Source: an uncultured delta proteobacterium (GTDB lineage: Bacteria; Desulfobacterota; Syntrophia; Syntrophales; Smithellaceae). From it: a stretch of 64,000 nucleotides of DNA. Each line of letters starts with the position of its first letter. Within the stretch, counting starts at the first letter, position 1. Below the pieces are notes generated by a model that saw nothing but the letters and a program-made list of their open reading frames with translations, did not search any database and was not told the DNA's origin. A program made the translations under genes and the position numbers. This document shows positions 30,647-42,300 of the stretch, piece by piece. The stretch lies in the NCBI GenBank assembly GCA_963753975.1, contig CAVWEH010000002.1, positions 544,001 to 608,000 of the forward strand, in the 5' to 3' direction.

Positions 30647-31377
30647 TTACTTTAAATGAACTGACCAAGCATTACGGTGCCACCATAGCCGTAAATAAGC
30701 TGTGCTTGCATGCTGCTGCCGGAGAAATTTATGGTTTTATCGGCCCGAACGGTGCCGGCAAAACCACGACCATTCGCCTGATGGGCGGTATTCTTGCACC
30801 TACCTCCGGCGATATTATCATTGGCGGAATAGATATAGCTCAAAATCCAATAGCTGTAAAAAAAATGATCGGTTTTGTCCCCGACAGGTCTTTTCTTTAT
30901 GAAAAGCTTACCGGTATGGAGTTCCTGCGTTTTTCAGCCGATTTATATGAAGTCAATCCCGCCGAATTCTCGCCAAAAGCCGAACAATTGCTGCATCAAT
31001 TTGCTCTTTGGGAGTGGGCTGATGAAATAATCGAAGCTTACTCCCACGGCATGAAACAAAGGCTTATTATCGCTTCCGCGCTACTGCATGATCCGAAAAT
31101 ACTGATAATCGATGAACCGATGGTAGGCCTTGACCCCGCCGCCGTGCGCATGGTGAAGGATATTTTCAAAGACCTAGCCCAAAAGCAAACAACTATTTTT
31201 ATATCCACCCATACCTTGAGCATAGCTGAAGATTTATGCCATCGTATCGGTGTAATTCATAAAGGCACACTGCTTGCGGAAGGCTCTGTTGACGAATTAA
31301 AACATATTGCGAAACTTGGCGAAGCCGGGCTCGAAGAAGTTTTCTTAACTATAATTAAGGAAAACTCCTTTTTATGA
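30643..31377 (+). CDS. ABC transporter ATP-binding protein
   Basis: GPNGAGKT, YSHGMKQR, IIDEP. Confidence 0.95.
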   Translation: MITLNELTKHYGATIAVNKLCLHAAAGEIYGFIGPNGAGKTTTIRLMGGILAPTSGDIIIGGIDIAQNPIAVKKMIGFVPDRSFLYEKLTGMEFLRFSADLYEVNPAEFSPKAEQLLHQFALWEWADEIIEAYSHGMKQRLIIASALLHDPKILIIDEPMVGLDPAAVRMVKDIFKDLAQKQTTIFISTHTLSIAEDLCHRIGVIHKGTLLAEGSVDELKHIAKLGEAGLEEVFLTIIKENSFL

Positions 31378-33068
31378 ATACAATTCTTTCCTTATTAAAA
31401 CCGCGGGTATTTTCTACAATCAATAGCTTGCGGACCGGCAATAAAAGAAACAGTTGGATGCGCATTTTCATGTTTGGTGCGGCCGGCATTGTTTTTTGGG
31501 CGGGCGCTTTCATTATTCTCTACCGAGTTTTATTTTATTTTCAAAGCGTACAGGATTTCGGCGATATACTGGCGATGAAACTTCTCTCCATGATCATCAT
31601 AACCTTTTTTGTACTCTTATTGTTCAGCAGTATCATTAATTGTCTTTCCCATTTGTATCTGAGCCAGGATTTACAGTTTTTACATTCTTTGCCGGTTTCG
31701 TCCAAGGATATATTTCTTTCCCGTTGGCTCGTAAGTACATGGGACAGTTCCTGGATGGTCGTTGCTTTCAGCCTTCCTGCATTTTTATCTTACGGCCTCA
31801 TCTACAAAGCAGGCATTATTTTTTACACGATTGTTTTAGTCGCTATAATTTTCATGTGCCTTATCGCTTCGGCTCTTGCCGCCATTTTGGTTTTATTTGG
31901 AGCTACGATACTGCCCGCCGGGAGAATCAGGACGATTCTTATCATTCTGGGGTTCATTCTGGTGTTACTGTTTGTTTTCGTTTTGCGTTTAACAAGACCG
32001 GAACAACTTGTCAATCCGGATAGCTTTGCTTCCGTCGTGCTCTATTTGAACTCCCTGCAAACGCCCAATTCTCCTTTGCTGCCGACAACCTGGATTACCG
32101 ATGCCGTTAAAGCCGCTCTTCAGGGTGAAATAAATAGTTCCCTGTTTAATATCGCCCTTGCCGGAAGCTGTGCTTTCATGCTTATTTTCATCGGCGATGT
32201 TCTTGCCCGGGCCACGTACTTTAGGGGTTTTTCTAAATCGCAAACAACGTCGCCTCGCCTATTTAAGCCTTTAAAATATAAAGGCCTGAGCTGGGAAAGC
32301 TTATTGAATTTCCTCCCGCGCGAATCAAAAGCGTTTGCCGTCAAAGAAATTAGAATATTCTTTCGCGATTCGACACAATGGCCGCAATTATTTCTGATGG
32401 CCGCATTAATTATAATTTATCTTTATAATTTTTCCGTCTTGCCCCTGGACAAATCACCGATTAAAACGATTTATCTGCAAAATCTATTTTCTTTCTTAAA
32501 CATGGGGCTGTCGGCTTTTGTGCTTTCGGCGCTTGCCGCCCGCTTTGTTTTTCCGGCAGTGAGCATGGAAGGAAATGCCTTCTGGATTGTTCAAGCAGCT
32601 CCCGTATCGATAAAAAGATTCCTTTGGATTAAGTTTTTTTTGTACTATGTGCCTTTGATAATTATCGCGGAAATTCTGATAATTGTTTCCAACCTGCTTT
32701 TGCAAGTTTCTCTGTTCATGATGATTCTATCTGCTGTAACAATGTTTTTTCTTGTTCCCGCGATAGTCGCCCTGGCCCTCGGATTAGGCGCTGTTTATCC
32801 CGACTTTAAATCGGAAAACCCTACGCAGGTTGTGACCAGTTTTGGCGGCCTGCTGTTAATGATTCTCTGCTTTTTCTTAATTGCGCTGGTCATAATGCTG
32901 GAAGCCGGCCCCGTGTATTACACATTTATGGCCGGTATCCACGGAAAGCATATTTCTGTACTGCAAATGATATGGTTGATTGCTTCCTTTGGTCTGGCTA
33001 TTTTTCTTTGCTTCTTATCCGTATTTTACCCCATGCGTCTTGGCGAAAAAAATCTCCGCATTAGATGA
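31374..33068 (+). CDS. Putative ABC exporter permease
   Basis: Multi-TM protein coupled to the ATPase; KEIRIFFRD, SMEG motifs. Confidence 0.8.
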   Translation: MNTILSLLKPRVFSTINSLRTGNKRNSWMRIFMFGAAGIVFWAGAFIILYRVLFYFQSVQDFGDILAMKLLSMIIITFFVLLLFSSIINCLSHLYLSQDLQFLHSLPVSSKDIFLSRWLVSTWDSSWMVVAFSLPAFLSYGLIYKAGIIFYTIVLVAIIFMCLIASALAAILVLFGATILPAGRIRTILIILGFILVLLFVFVLRLTRPEQLVNPDSFASVVLYLNSLQTPNSPLLPTTWITDAVKAALQGEINSSLFNIALAGSCAFMLIFIGDVLARATYFRGFSKSQTTSPRLFKPLKYKGLSWESLLNFLPRESKAFAVKEIRIFFRDSTQWPQLFLMAALIIIYLYNFSVLPLDKSPIKTIYLQNLFSFLNMGLSAFVLSALAARFVFPAVSMEGNAFWIVQAAPVSIKRFLWIKFFLYYVPLIIIAEILIIVSNLLLQVSLFMMILSAVTMFFLVPAIVALALGLGAVYPDFKSENPTQVVTSFGGLLLMILCFFLIALVIMLEAGPVYYTFMAGIHGKHISVLQMIWLIASFGLAIFLCFLSVFYPMRLGEKNLRIR

Positions 33069-33236
33069 ACATTTTCTATTGCGATATTAAGCTGATCGGG
33101 CATTCCAATCGACGACGATTGCGAAACCAGAAAACGAAAATTGTCTTGATTTTACTTGCCGGATAAGCTAAACAAGCGCGCATTCTAATGAAATTGCTTT
33201 TTTTAAGATAGCACGGAAATATTGAAAGGAGCTTTC

Positions 33237-35318
33237 ATGGCCAAGTACGAATCTAAATCCTTGAGGAATTTAGCTGTAGTCGGGCACGGCGGAACGGGCA
33301 AAACCTCCCTTTGCGAATCTTTGTTATTTGTTTCCGGAAAAAACGAACGATTAGGAAGAGTCGATGATGCGACATCGTCCATGGATTTTGAGCCGGAAGA
33401 GCAAAAACGGCGCGTATCGATTAGTTCGGCGGCAAATTTTATCGACTGGGAAAAACATAAAATCAACATTATCGACACGCCGGGCGATTCCAATTTTGCC
33501 TATGACATAAAATGTTCGATGAGTGTCGTCGAAAATGCGGTCATTATCATTGACGCCGTCGGCGGCGTCGAATTTCAAACACAAAAAGTTTGGGAATTAG
33601 CCGATGAATTCAAACTGCCCCGCATTGTTTTCATCAACAGAATGGATCGTGAACGCGCCGGTTTTGAGAAGGCGCTCGAAAGCATCAAAAGCAAATTCGC
33701 CAAAAAAGTTACCCCTGTTTGCCTGCCTATCGGCGCGGAAGACAAATTCAACGGCATCGTTGATTTAATTAATTTTAAAGCTTACTTATTCAGCGATAAC
33801 AAAGGAATCGGTAAAACAGTGGATATTCCCGCGGAAATGATGGAGGAAGCAAAAAGTTTACGCGGAACTATGGTGGAAGACATTGCTGAAGCCGATGATG
33901 AACTGATGAATAAATATTTGGAAGCGGGTGAACTTTCCCTGGAAGAGCTAAAAGCAGGATTGAAAAAGGGCGTGACGTCGGGCAGCCTGATTCCTGTGGT
34001 CTGCGGATCGGCAATGAAAGGTATCGGCATCACCTTGTTGATGGATTTAATTGTCGGCTCTTTTGCTTCCCCGATTGACCGCGGCGTCGTAAAAGGCAAA
34101 AAACCGGGAACAGACGATATTGAAGAAAGAAAGCCTTCAGAAGACGCTCCTTTCTCGGCGATAGTTTTCAAAACAATTGCCGATCCTTACGCCGGCAGAC
34201 TGACTCTCTTCCGTGTCTATTCCGGCAAGCTCAACCCCGATTCCAGCATTTATAACTCCACAAAAAAAATAACGGAAAAATTCGGGCACATCTTTTTCCT
34301 GGAAGGAAAAAATCAAAAACAGGCGGAAGAACTTATTCCCGGAGATATTGCCGGTGTGGCCAAACTAAAGGAAACAGTAACGGGTGATACTTTATGCAAT
34401 GAAAAATCTCCCATTATTTTTGAAAAAGTTGCAGTCCCGCCGCCCATTATGTCTTTTGCGATTGAACCGAAAACGAGGGGTGATGAGGATAAAATTGCGT
34501 CATCCATCCACCGGCTCACGGAAGAAGATCCGACAATCGTATTTTCCCGCGATACGCAAACCAAAGAAATGATTCTTTCGGGTATGGGTCAGGTGCACAT
34601 CGAAGTCAACATCGAAAAAATGAAAAGAAAATTCGGGGTCGAAGTAAACCTGAACACGCCTAAAGTTCCCTACAAAGAAACGATTAAAGGGAAAACCAAT
34701 ATTCAGGGCAAATACAAAAAGCAATCCGGCGGGCGTGGTCAATTCGGAGACGCTTGGATTGATATTGAACCGCTGCCGCGCGGCAGTGGTTTCCAGTTTG
34801 CCGATAAAATTGTCGGCGGTGTTATTCCCGGTCAGTATCGTCCGGCTGTGGAGAAAGGCATTGTGGAAGCGGCGGCGAAAGGTGTTCTCGCCGGTTATCC
34901 TGTTGTAGATTTTAAAGTATCTCTCGTTGACGGTTCCTATCACACCGTTGATTCTTCCGAAATGGCCTTTAAGATCGCCGGCTCCATGGCTTTTCAAAAG
35001 GGTGTAATGCAATGCCAGCCTATTCTTCTGGAACCGATAGTGAATATCGATATAGAAATTCCGGAAGAGTACATGGGCGATGTGATCGGTGACTTGAATA
35101 GCAGACGCGGCCGGGTTCAGGGTATGGATGCCAAAGGTTCCAATCAAATAATCAAGGGCCAGGTGCCTCTCGCGGAGATATTAAAATACGCGCCTGATTT
35201 GCGTTCCATGACCAGCGGCAGAGGAAATTTCACCTATACTCATTCTCACTACGAAGAAGTTCCCGCATATATTGCGGAAAAGATTATCGCCGAGTCGAAA
35301 AAAGAAAAAGAAGAGTAA
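33237..35318 (+). CDS. fusA: Elongation factor G paralog (EF-G2 type)
   Basis: GHGGTGKT, DTPG, NRMDR, KKQSGGRGQFG, VDSSEMAF; AAAGGAG RBS. Confidence 0.92.
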   Translation: MAKYESKSLRNLAVVGHGGTGKTSLCESLLFVSGKNERLGRVDDATSSMDFEPEEQKRRVSISSAANFIDWEKHKINIIDTPGDSNFAYDIKCSMSVVENAVIIIDAVGGVEFQTQKVWELADEFKLPRIVFINRMDRERAGFEKALESIKSKFAKKVTPVCLPIGAEDKFNGIVDLINFKAYLFSDNKGIGKTVDIPAEMMEEAKSLRGTMVEDIAEADDELMNKYLEAGELSLEELKAGLKKGVTSGSLIPVVCGSAMKGIGITLLMDLIVGSFASPIDRGVVKGKKPGTDDIEERKPSEDAPFSAIVFKTIADPYAGRLTLFRVYSGKLNPDSSIYNSTKKITEKFGHIFFLEGKNQKQAEELIPGDIAGVAKLKETVTGDTLCNEKSPIIFEKVAVPPPIMSFAIEPKTRGDEDKIASSIHRLTEEDPTIVFSRDTQTKEMILSGMGQVHIEVNIEKMKRKFGVEVNLNTPKVPYKETIKGKTNIQGKYKKQSGGRGQFGDAWIDIEPLPRGSGFQFADKIVGGVIPGQYRPAVEKGIVEAAAKGVLAGYPVVDFKVSLVDGSYHTVDSSEMAFKIAGSMAFQKGVMQCQPILLEPIVNIDIEIPEEYMGDVIGDLNSRRGRVQGMDAKGSNQIIKGQVPLAEILKYAPDLRSMTSGRGNFTYTHSHYEEVPAYIAEKIIAESKKEKEE

Positions 35319-35384
35319 ATAACCACGGGTATGAACTCCAGAGATAGTTGCGGAGTATCATACCCTCCGCTTCGCGGGATTGTT

Positions 35385-35512
35385 TCCAATCTCGATGCAT
35401 CGTGATTGGATAATTCGACCTGCAAGCTTCAGCGCACTCCGTTTCTGAAACTTGGGTCTCATTACAATTTACCAATTCCGCTACGCTTCGCTTTCGTAAT
35501 TGGAGTTTCACA
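35385..35512 (-). repeat. 54-bp hairpin-unit array, locus D (two units plus a trailing hairpin)
   Basis: Minus strand TGTGA-AACT-CCAATT... then TAATGA-GACC-CAAGTTTCAG-AAACGGAGTGCG-CTGAAGCTTG-CA-GGTC-GAATTA (35411-35464). Confidence 0.85.
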
Positions 35513-36007
35513 ATGATCCGCGCCGGAATTATAACGGTAAGCGACCGTAGTTCTCAGGGTATCCGTGAAGATGCCGGCGGCCCTGTCCTTGCCGCCGTGC
35601 TTGCGGATGCCAAGATAGAAGTTTGTAAATCTCTCATCATTCCGGATGAAAAAAGCGAAATAAAAGATGCAATAATAAAATTCGCTGATAAAGAAAAACT
35701 TGATTTGATTTTAACCACCGGCGGCACCGGCGTCAGCCCCCGCGATGTAACTCCGGATGCGACAGGGGAAGTAATCGACAAACAAATCCCCGGCATGGCC
35801 GAAGCCATGCGGCATCAAAGTATGAATATCACTCCCTATGCCATGATTTCCCGTGCCATAGCGGGAATCCGTGGACGCTGTCTGATAATTAATCTCCCCG
35901 GAAGCCCGAAAGGAGCCAAAGAAAACCTGGCTATAATTCTGCCCGCGTTGAAACATGCCGTCGAAAAAATTAAAGGAGACGACACCGAATGCGCGAGCCC
36001 CATCTAG
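35513..36007 (+). CDS. mog: Molybdopterin adenylyltransferase (MogA/MoaB family)
   Basis: TVSDR, TTGGTG, RDVTPDA, NLPGSP. Confidence 0.92.
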   Translation: MIRAGIITVSDRSSQGIREDAGGPVLAAVLADAKIEVCKSLIIPDEKSEIKDAIIKFADKEKLDLILTTGGTGVSPRDVTPDATGEVIDKQIPGMAEAMRHQSMNITPYAMISRAIAGIRGRCLIINLPGSPKGAKENLAIILPALKHAVEKIKGDDTECASPI

Positions 36008-36063
36008 TCTCATTTTGTGCCATGGGATTTGCCGCTAATTTTCGTAAATCATCAAAGATTTTT

Positions 36064-36549
36064 TTATAACCCGTCATGAAAATTGACCAGGTGTTTTTCC
36101 AGGAATTGCAGAGCATTGCGCTGATGCGTCCCCGTCCAATAAATATTGTGACAGGAAGGACACTGATTATACCGGGTGCAATTTTCAAAGACATATGCAG
36201 GCACTTGATTGCGCACTTCTTCAGCGGAAACCGAATGAAGCTTTTTGTTGCATCTAAGGCATATTGTAAACATCTTTTGCTTATCTATCTTCAGAGAAAA
36301 TTTATCGATGATATCATTTAGTTGATGGACGATATCATTGTCTTTAATCAGATATAAACACCCGGAAAACTGACGCTCCACCATGTCTATTCTTTTTGTC
36401 AGCACAATTCTTCCTTCGGCGGCGGCTAAACGCAGCATTTTCCTTCCGGCTTCTTGCGGAAAAACTACGGTATCGTAACCTAAAAGCCGTAACCATTTAG
36501 CCAGCTTTCCCAAGGCAGCGTCGACAATAAATTGGGGATTGTCAAACAT
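36064..36549 (-). CDS. Mut7-C RNase domain protein (DUF82)
   Basis: FIVDAALGKLAKWLRLLGYD, CxxC...CPSC..IYW.GTH. Confidence 0.88.
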   Translation of the reverse strand: MFDNPQFIVDAALGKLAKWLRLLGYDTVVFPQEAGRKMLRLAAAEGRIVLTKRIDMVERQFSGCLYLIKDNDIVHQLNDIIDKFSLKIDKQKMFTICLRCNKKLHSVSAEEVRNQVPAYVFENCTRYNQCPSCHNIYWTGTHQRNALQFLEKHLVNFHDGL

Positions 36550-36564
36550 TTTTTGGAGACATTA

Positions 36565-36867
36565 TTATGACATTTTGGATTCATGAACGACCGGCGGAGG
36601 CTCGTCGGCACGGAGTTCCTTACGCAAATCGCGAATAGTTCTGTTCAAACGACTAATTGTGCGGTTCAAACGAAAACGCTCCACTATCCCCCATAAACTC
36701 GTAATTATTACTCCGGCAAGAAGAGAGCCAAAAATCAGCATATAAGCCGGCACAACAACATCCAAATGCTTGTAATATTGCAGATGTACCGGCGCCGAAT
36801 TCAATTGGGAAAAAGTCACGCTAAAAATAATAAATATTAAAGTTAAAATCAAATAAATTACCTTCAT
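36565..36867 (-). CDS. LapA-family membrane protein
   Basis: Two TM segments, QLN..V.L motif, basic C-terminal coil. Confidence 0.7.
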   Translation of the reverse strand: MKVIYLILTLIFIIFSVTFSQLNSAPVHLQYYKHLDVVVPAYMLIFGSLLAGVIITSLWGIVERFRLNRTISRLNRTIRDLRKELRADEPPPVVHESKMS

Positions 36868-36871
36868 CGCA

Positions 36872-37357
36872 TCATACCTCCTGATGATATTTTCTAAAGA
36901 GAGGAGCAAGATTAGCCGCTGTCGTAGCCACATCCTCCGGTATTACACGCACATTGCCAACCACACTCATAAAATTAGTATCGCCTTCCCAACGCGGAAC
37001 TACATGAAGGTGAATATGATCCTCAATGCCGGCTCCGGCTGCCTTGCCTATGTTCATGCCGACGTTGAATCCGGCCGGATTCATCGCTTCCCGGAGAGCT
37101 TTAAATGACGTTTCTAAAAGGTTGAAGATTTCTTTTCTTTCTTCGGGAGACAGATCCGAATATTCACCTGTATGCCGATGGGGAATAATCATCAAATGAC
37201 CGCTTATGTAAGGATATCTGTTCATCATCACAAAAGTGTATTTGGCTTTATAAAGGACATAATCATCACACTTGACTAAACATTTACAGAAAATGCACTC
37301 TTTAGTCTTTTTGCTTTTAATATATTCCATTCTCCAGGGCGCAAAAATTGTTTCCAT
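36872..37357 (-). CDS. HIT-family hydrolase (Ap4A/FHIT-like)
   Basis: APWRMEY, CIFC, HIHLHVVPRW. Confidence 0.93.
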   Translation of the reverse strand: METIFAPWRMEYIKSKKTKECIFCKCLVKCDDYVLYKAKYTFVMMNRYPYISGHLMIIPHRHTGEYSDLSPEERKEIFNLLETSFKALREAMNPAGFNVGMNIGKAAGAGIEDHIHLHVVPRWEGDTNFMSVVGNVRVIPEDVATTAANLAPLFRKYHQEV

Positions 37358-37375
37358 ATATTTTAAACCCGCTAA

Positions 37376-37868
37376 TTAGATGTTAATTATCCTACCTGCC
37401 ACTTCCTTGTCAATTTCTAATATGCCGATAGTCTTGGAAGACGCAAAATGCCGGTCTGCGGCCGAGCCGGGATTAAAGAACAGCACATTACCCTTTTTAC
37501 AATTTGCCGGTTTATGCGTATGTCCATAAACGATACAATTCGCATCACTAAATCTGGTCAATATTTTTTCCTCCATGCCCCGGGGAGATCCCCAGCCGTG
37601 AATCAAAGGCGAACTTAAATCCTTTTATTTCAAAAAGCAAATACTCAGGCAATTTTTCTTTAACGGAAAGATTATCCATGTTGCCGCATACCGCCAAGAC
37701 TTCTTTCCCCGCGAAAATTTCCAAAACACTAAGATCGACCAGATCTCCGGCATGAAGAATCATATCTACATCGCCGAAATGTTCAGCGATGCATCTTCTC
37801 ACATTATCATCATAACCTGTCAGATGAGTGTCGGAAATGACCCCAACCTTTACCTTCTTCTCTTCCAT
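37376..37868 (-). pseudogene. YfcE-like metallophosphoesterase, +1 frameshift near 37605 (probably a sequencing error)
   Basis: ISDTH, HAGD, GNMD in one frame; IHG, GHTH, NPGS in the next. Confidence 0.85.
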
Positions 37869-37921
37869 AATCAACTGCCAAAGTATTAGCGATAAGAAAT
37901 AAAAAAAACAAGTTTTATTTA

Positions 37922-38001
37922 TAATGAAACTCAGATTTTATAAGCGTAGCGCAGTAAAATCTGCAAGTTGAATTATCCTGGGTGCGAAGCACATCAGGAT
38001 A
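37922..38001 (+). repeat. 54-bp hairpin unit, locus A, plus a trailing GCGAAGC hairpin
   Basis: TAATGA-AACT-CAGATTTTAT-AAGCGTAGCGCA-GTAAAATCTG-CA-AGTT-GAATTA (37922-37975). Confidence 0.85.
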
Positions 38002-38102
38002 TCTTTGAAGTAAAGCTCTACATAGCGAAACGGGATCATCAACCACTATATCCAATTAACAGGAAAAGCTTTTAATTTGACTTTAGTATTAAGTAAAGTT
38101 AA

Positions 38103-40121
<2,019 letters not shown>

Positions 40122-40281
40122 TACCGCTTCGTTTTCAAGGAATAACGAGGCGGTAGTGAAACTCAAATCTCAGGAACGCAGTGAACTGGAATTAGTTAGT
40201 TGTAATGAGATCCAAACCTCAGAAACGAAGTGCACTGAAGTTTGTTGATCGAATTATCCAATAGCCTTTAGCTATGGGGAA
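40122..40281 (+). repeat. 54-bp hairpin-unit array, locus B (two units with flanking hairpins)
   Basis: Units at 40154 (TAGTGA-AACT...) and 40203-40256 (TAATGA-GATC-CAAACCTCAG-AAACGAAGTGCA-CTGAAGTTTG-TT-GATC-GAATTA). Confidence 0.85.
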
Positions 40282-40360
40282 CTATCCAGCATGAGCTGTG
40301 GCTAGGAGGGAGCTGACGACGAAGCCAACAAAGTTAGCCGAAGGAAGCGATGCGAGATTT

Positions 40361-40633
40361 ATGAAAAGAGTTCATGTTTATGTGAGCGGCAGAGTGCAGG
40401 GAGTATTTTTCCGTGCGGAAACTCAGCGCACGGCGATGAATTTTAATCTCACCGGCTGGGTGAAAAATACAGCCGACGGCCGGGTGGAAGCTGTTTTTGA
40501 AGGCAAAGATGAAAACGTCGATAAAATGATAGCCTGGTCCCATACCGGCCCGCCGCATGCCCGAGTTCAAGAAGTTATCACTAATGAAGAATCATACACG
40601 GGCGAATTTAGGAATTTCAGTATTAAATATTGA
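40361..40633 (+). CDS. acyP: Acylphosphatase
   Basis: VSGRVQGVFFR, GWVKN..DGRVE. Confidence 0.93.
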   Translation: MKRVHVYVSGRVQGVFFRAETQRTAMNFNLTGWVKNTADGRVEAVFEGKDENVDKMIAWSHTGPPHARVQEVITNEESYTGEFRNFSIKY

Positions 40634-40950
40634 CAAATACAATTTTGTCATTACCCGGCACACTTGATTTGACGGGCAGTGTTCAATTAAATCATATCTC
40701 CGTTATTGTTAACACCTACTAATATTTAGTGGCGGGCAGTATCTAGAATTGAGGATTAGGGTGGAAAGAGAGTAGCGGCAAGGATCAGGACACGTAAATC
40801 TTCGTACCAGCGAAGCTAATTCAACTACAAGAACAAATACTGACTAACGACAGAGAGGTTAACTCAATTCTCAATGACCATGCCCGGGATAGTGATCTGA
40901 GAGTCAATAGATTTGTCGAAGATGGGTTGGGGCATTGATCTTTCTAACCT

Positions 40951-41364
40951 TCAGACAGATTTCATCTTAAAAAGCTTTTTATTGACGGAGACCACCGGAC
41001 AAGGAGCCTCCAAAATAATATGTTGGGCGTTGGAACCAAAAATCAGTTTCCCCACCTTGGATTTCTTTTCAATTCCAATGAAAATCTGGTCTACATTATT
41101 ATCCTTGGCAAACGTGACTATATCTTCCCCCGGAAAAAGGCCACGAATCAGCAGGCGGGTATCGCAGAGAATGCCTTCCTTTATAATAGAAGCTTTTAAG
41201 TTCTCCAAATTACTTCCCATGGTTAAATCATCAACTTCCTTTGCGCTTTCCATTGAGTGGACAATATAAAGGGTGGCGTTAAAAAGTTTAGCATTTTTCT
41301 TGGCCAAAGCTAAGACAGCTTTATCCATTTCAGTCCCTTCGGCATACGCAACTAAGAATTTCAT
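40951..41364 (-). CDS. Universal stress protein
   Basis: FLVAY, IFIG, IFGSNAQHIILEAPCPVVSV. Confidence 0.9.
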   Translation of the reverse strand: MKFLVAYAEGTEMDKAVLALAKKNAKLFNATLYIVHSMESAKEVDDLTMGSNLENLKASIIKEGILCDTRLLIRGLFPGEDIVTFAKDNNVDQIFIGIEKKSKVGKLIFGSNAQHIILEAPCPVVSVNKKLFKMKSV

Positions 41365-41426
41365 CTTGACCCCCTGTAGCAGATGTTAACTGTCGATTTA
41401 ATGATGCTGTACTTACTTTAAATTAG

Positions 41427-41455
41427 AATATAGAGAAATCAGTTATCTATGTCAA
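41427..41455 (-). promoter_or_regulatory. Putative sigma70 promoter of the usp gene
   Basis: TTGACA-17 nt-TATATT. Confidence 0.55.
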
Positions 41456-41601
41456 CGAATTTCTAACGAACCAAAAAGCATCATATGCCATGATATTATA
41501 AACATTATTTCATCAATGTTTGAGCGTTTTCTTTTCATATAAAATCCTCTTGCTTTTTACCCTAAAAAACATACTGTAGTCTGTCTGGAAGGAGAAACGA
41601 T

Positions 41602-42111
41602 ATGGGTGCTATTAAAGATATTGTTGATCTTATTACTCAACTCAATAGTAGTATACTTAAGATTCAGACGTTGATACTTACGGTTCAAGAGGAAGATGCA
41701 GCACTGGTGTCTGAAAACCTTGATTTGAAAAAAAGGATATTTGAACTTGAAAAAAAGTATTCTACATTTGAGGAAAAGCGTTCTGCACTTCAAGAAAAAT
41801 CTTCTGCTGAAAATTTGCAAGATAAATACGAATTTATCAAAGAAGAAGAAAAGCATTCTGTGCTTCAAGAAAAATCTTCTGCTGAAAATTTGCAGGATAA
41901 ATACGAATTTATTAAAGAATTTGGCATCTATAAATCTAAAGAATCTGGAAATTATTTTTGCGCCTCCTGTTTAATGAAAAATATTGAATCTCCTTTAACA
42001 CAGAGACGAACCGGGTGGCGATGTGAATCAAAAGGTTGTGGTAAGTTTTATACCAACCCAGCATATCAAACGCAAAAACGTAAACCTCGTAAGTATTTTC
42101 AATGGAGTTAA
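41602..42111 (+). CDS. Hypothetical coiled-coil protein with C-terminal Zn ribbon and internal duplication
   Basis: GGAG RBS; AT-rich; CASC...CESKGC; duplicated LQEKSSAENLQDKYEFIKE. Confidence 0.7.
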   Translation: MGAIKDIVDLITQLNSSILKIQTLILTVQEEDAALVSENLDLKKRIFELEKKYSTFEEKRSALQEKSSAENLQDKYEFIKEEEKHSVLQEKSSAENLQDKYEFIKEFGIYKSKESGNYFCASCLMKNIESPLTQRRTGWRCESKGCGKFYTNPAYQTQKRKPRKYFQWS

Positions 42112-42300
42112 TAAAAAGAGCATGGTTTTTTTATTCTCCTGTATCAAGTAAACTATCCCTGAAATTTGGTTTCGTATGTCAATTAAATATTGATTACCAT
42201 TTGAAAGAAGGTATGTATGTGAAAAATTCTAAATGCTCACTTGCAGGAAGAAGTGAATAAGAACAATCCTTATATCTGCCGTCAATTTCGACAAGCCACA

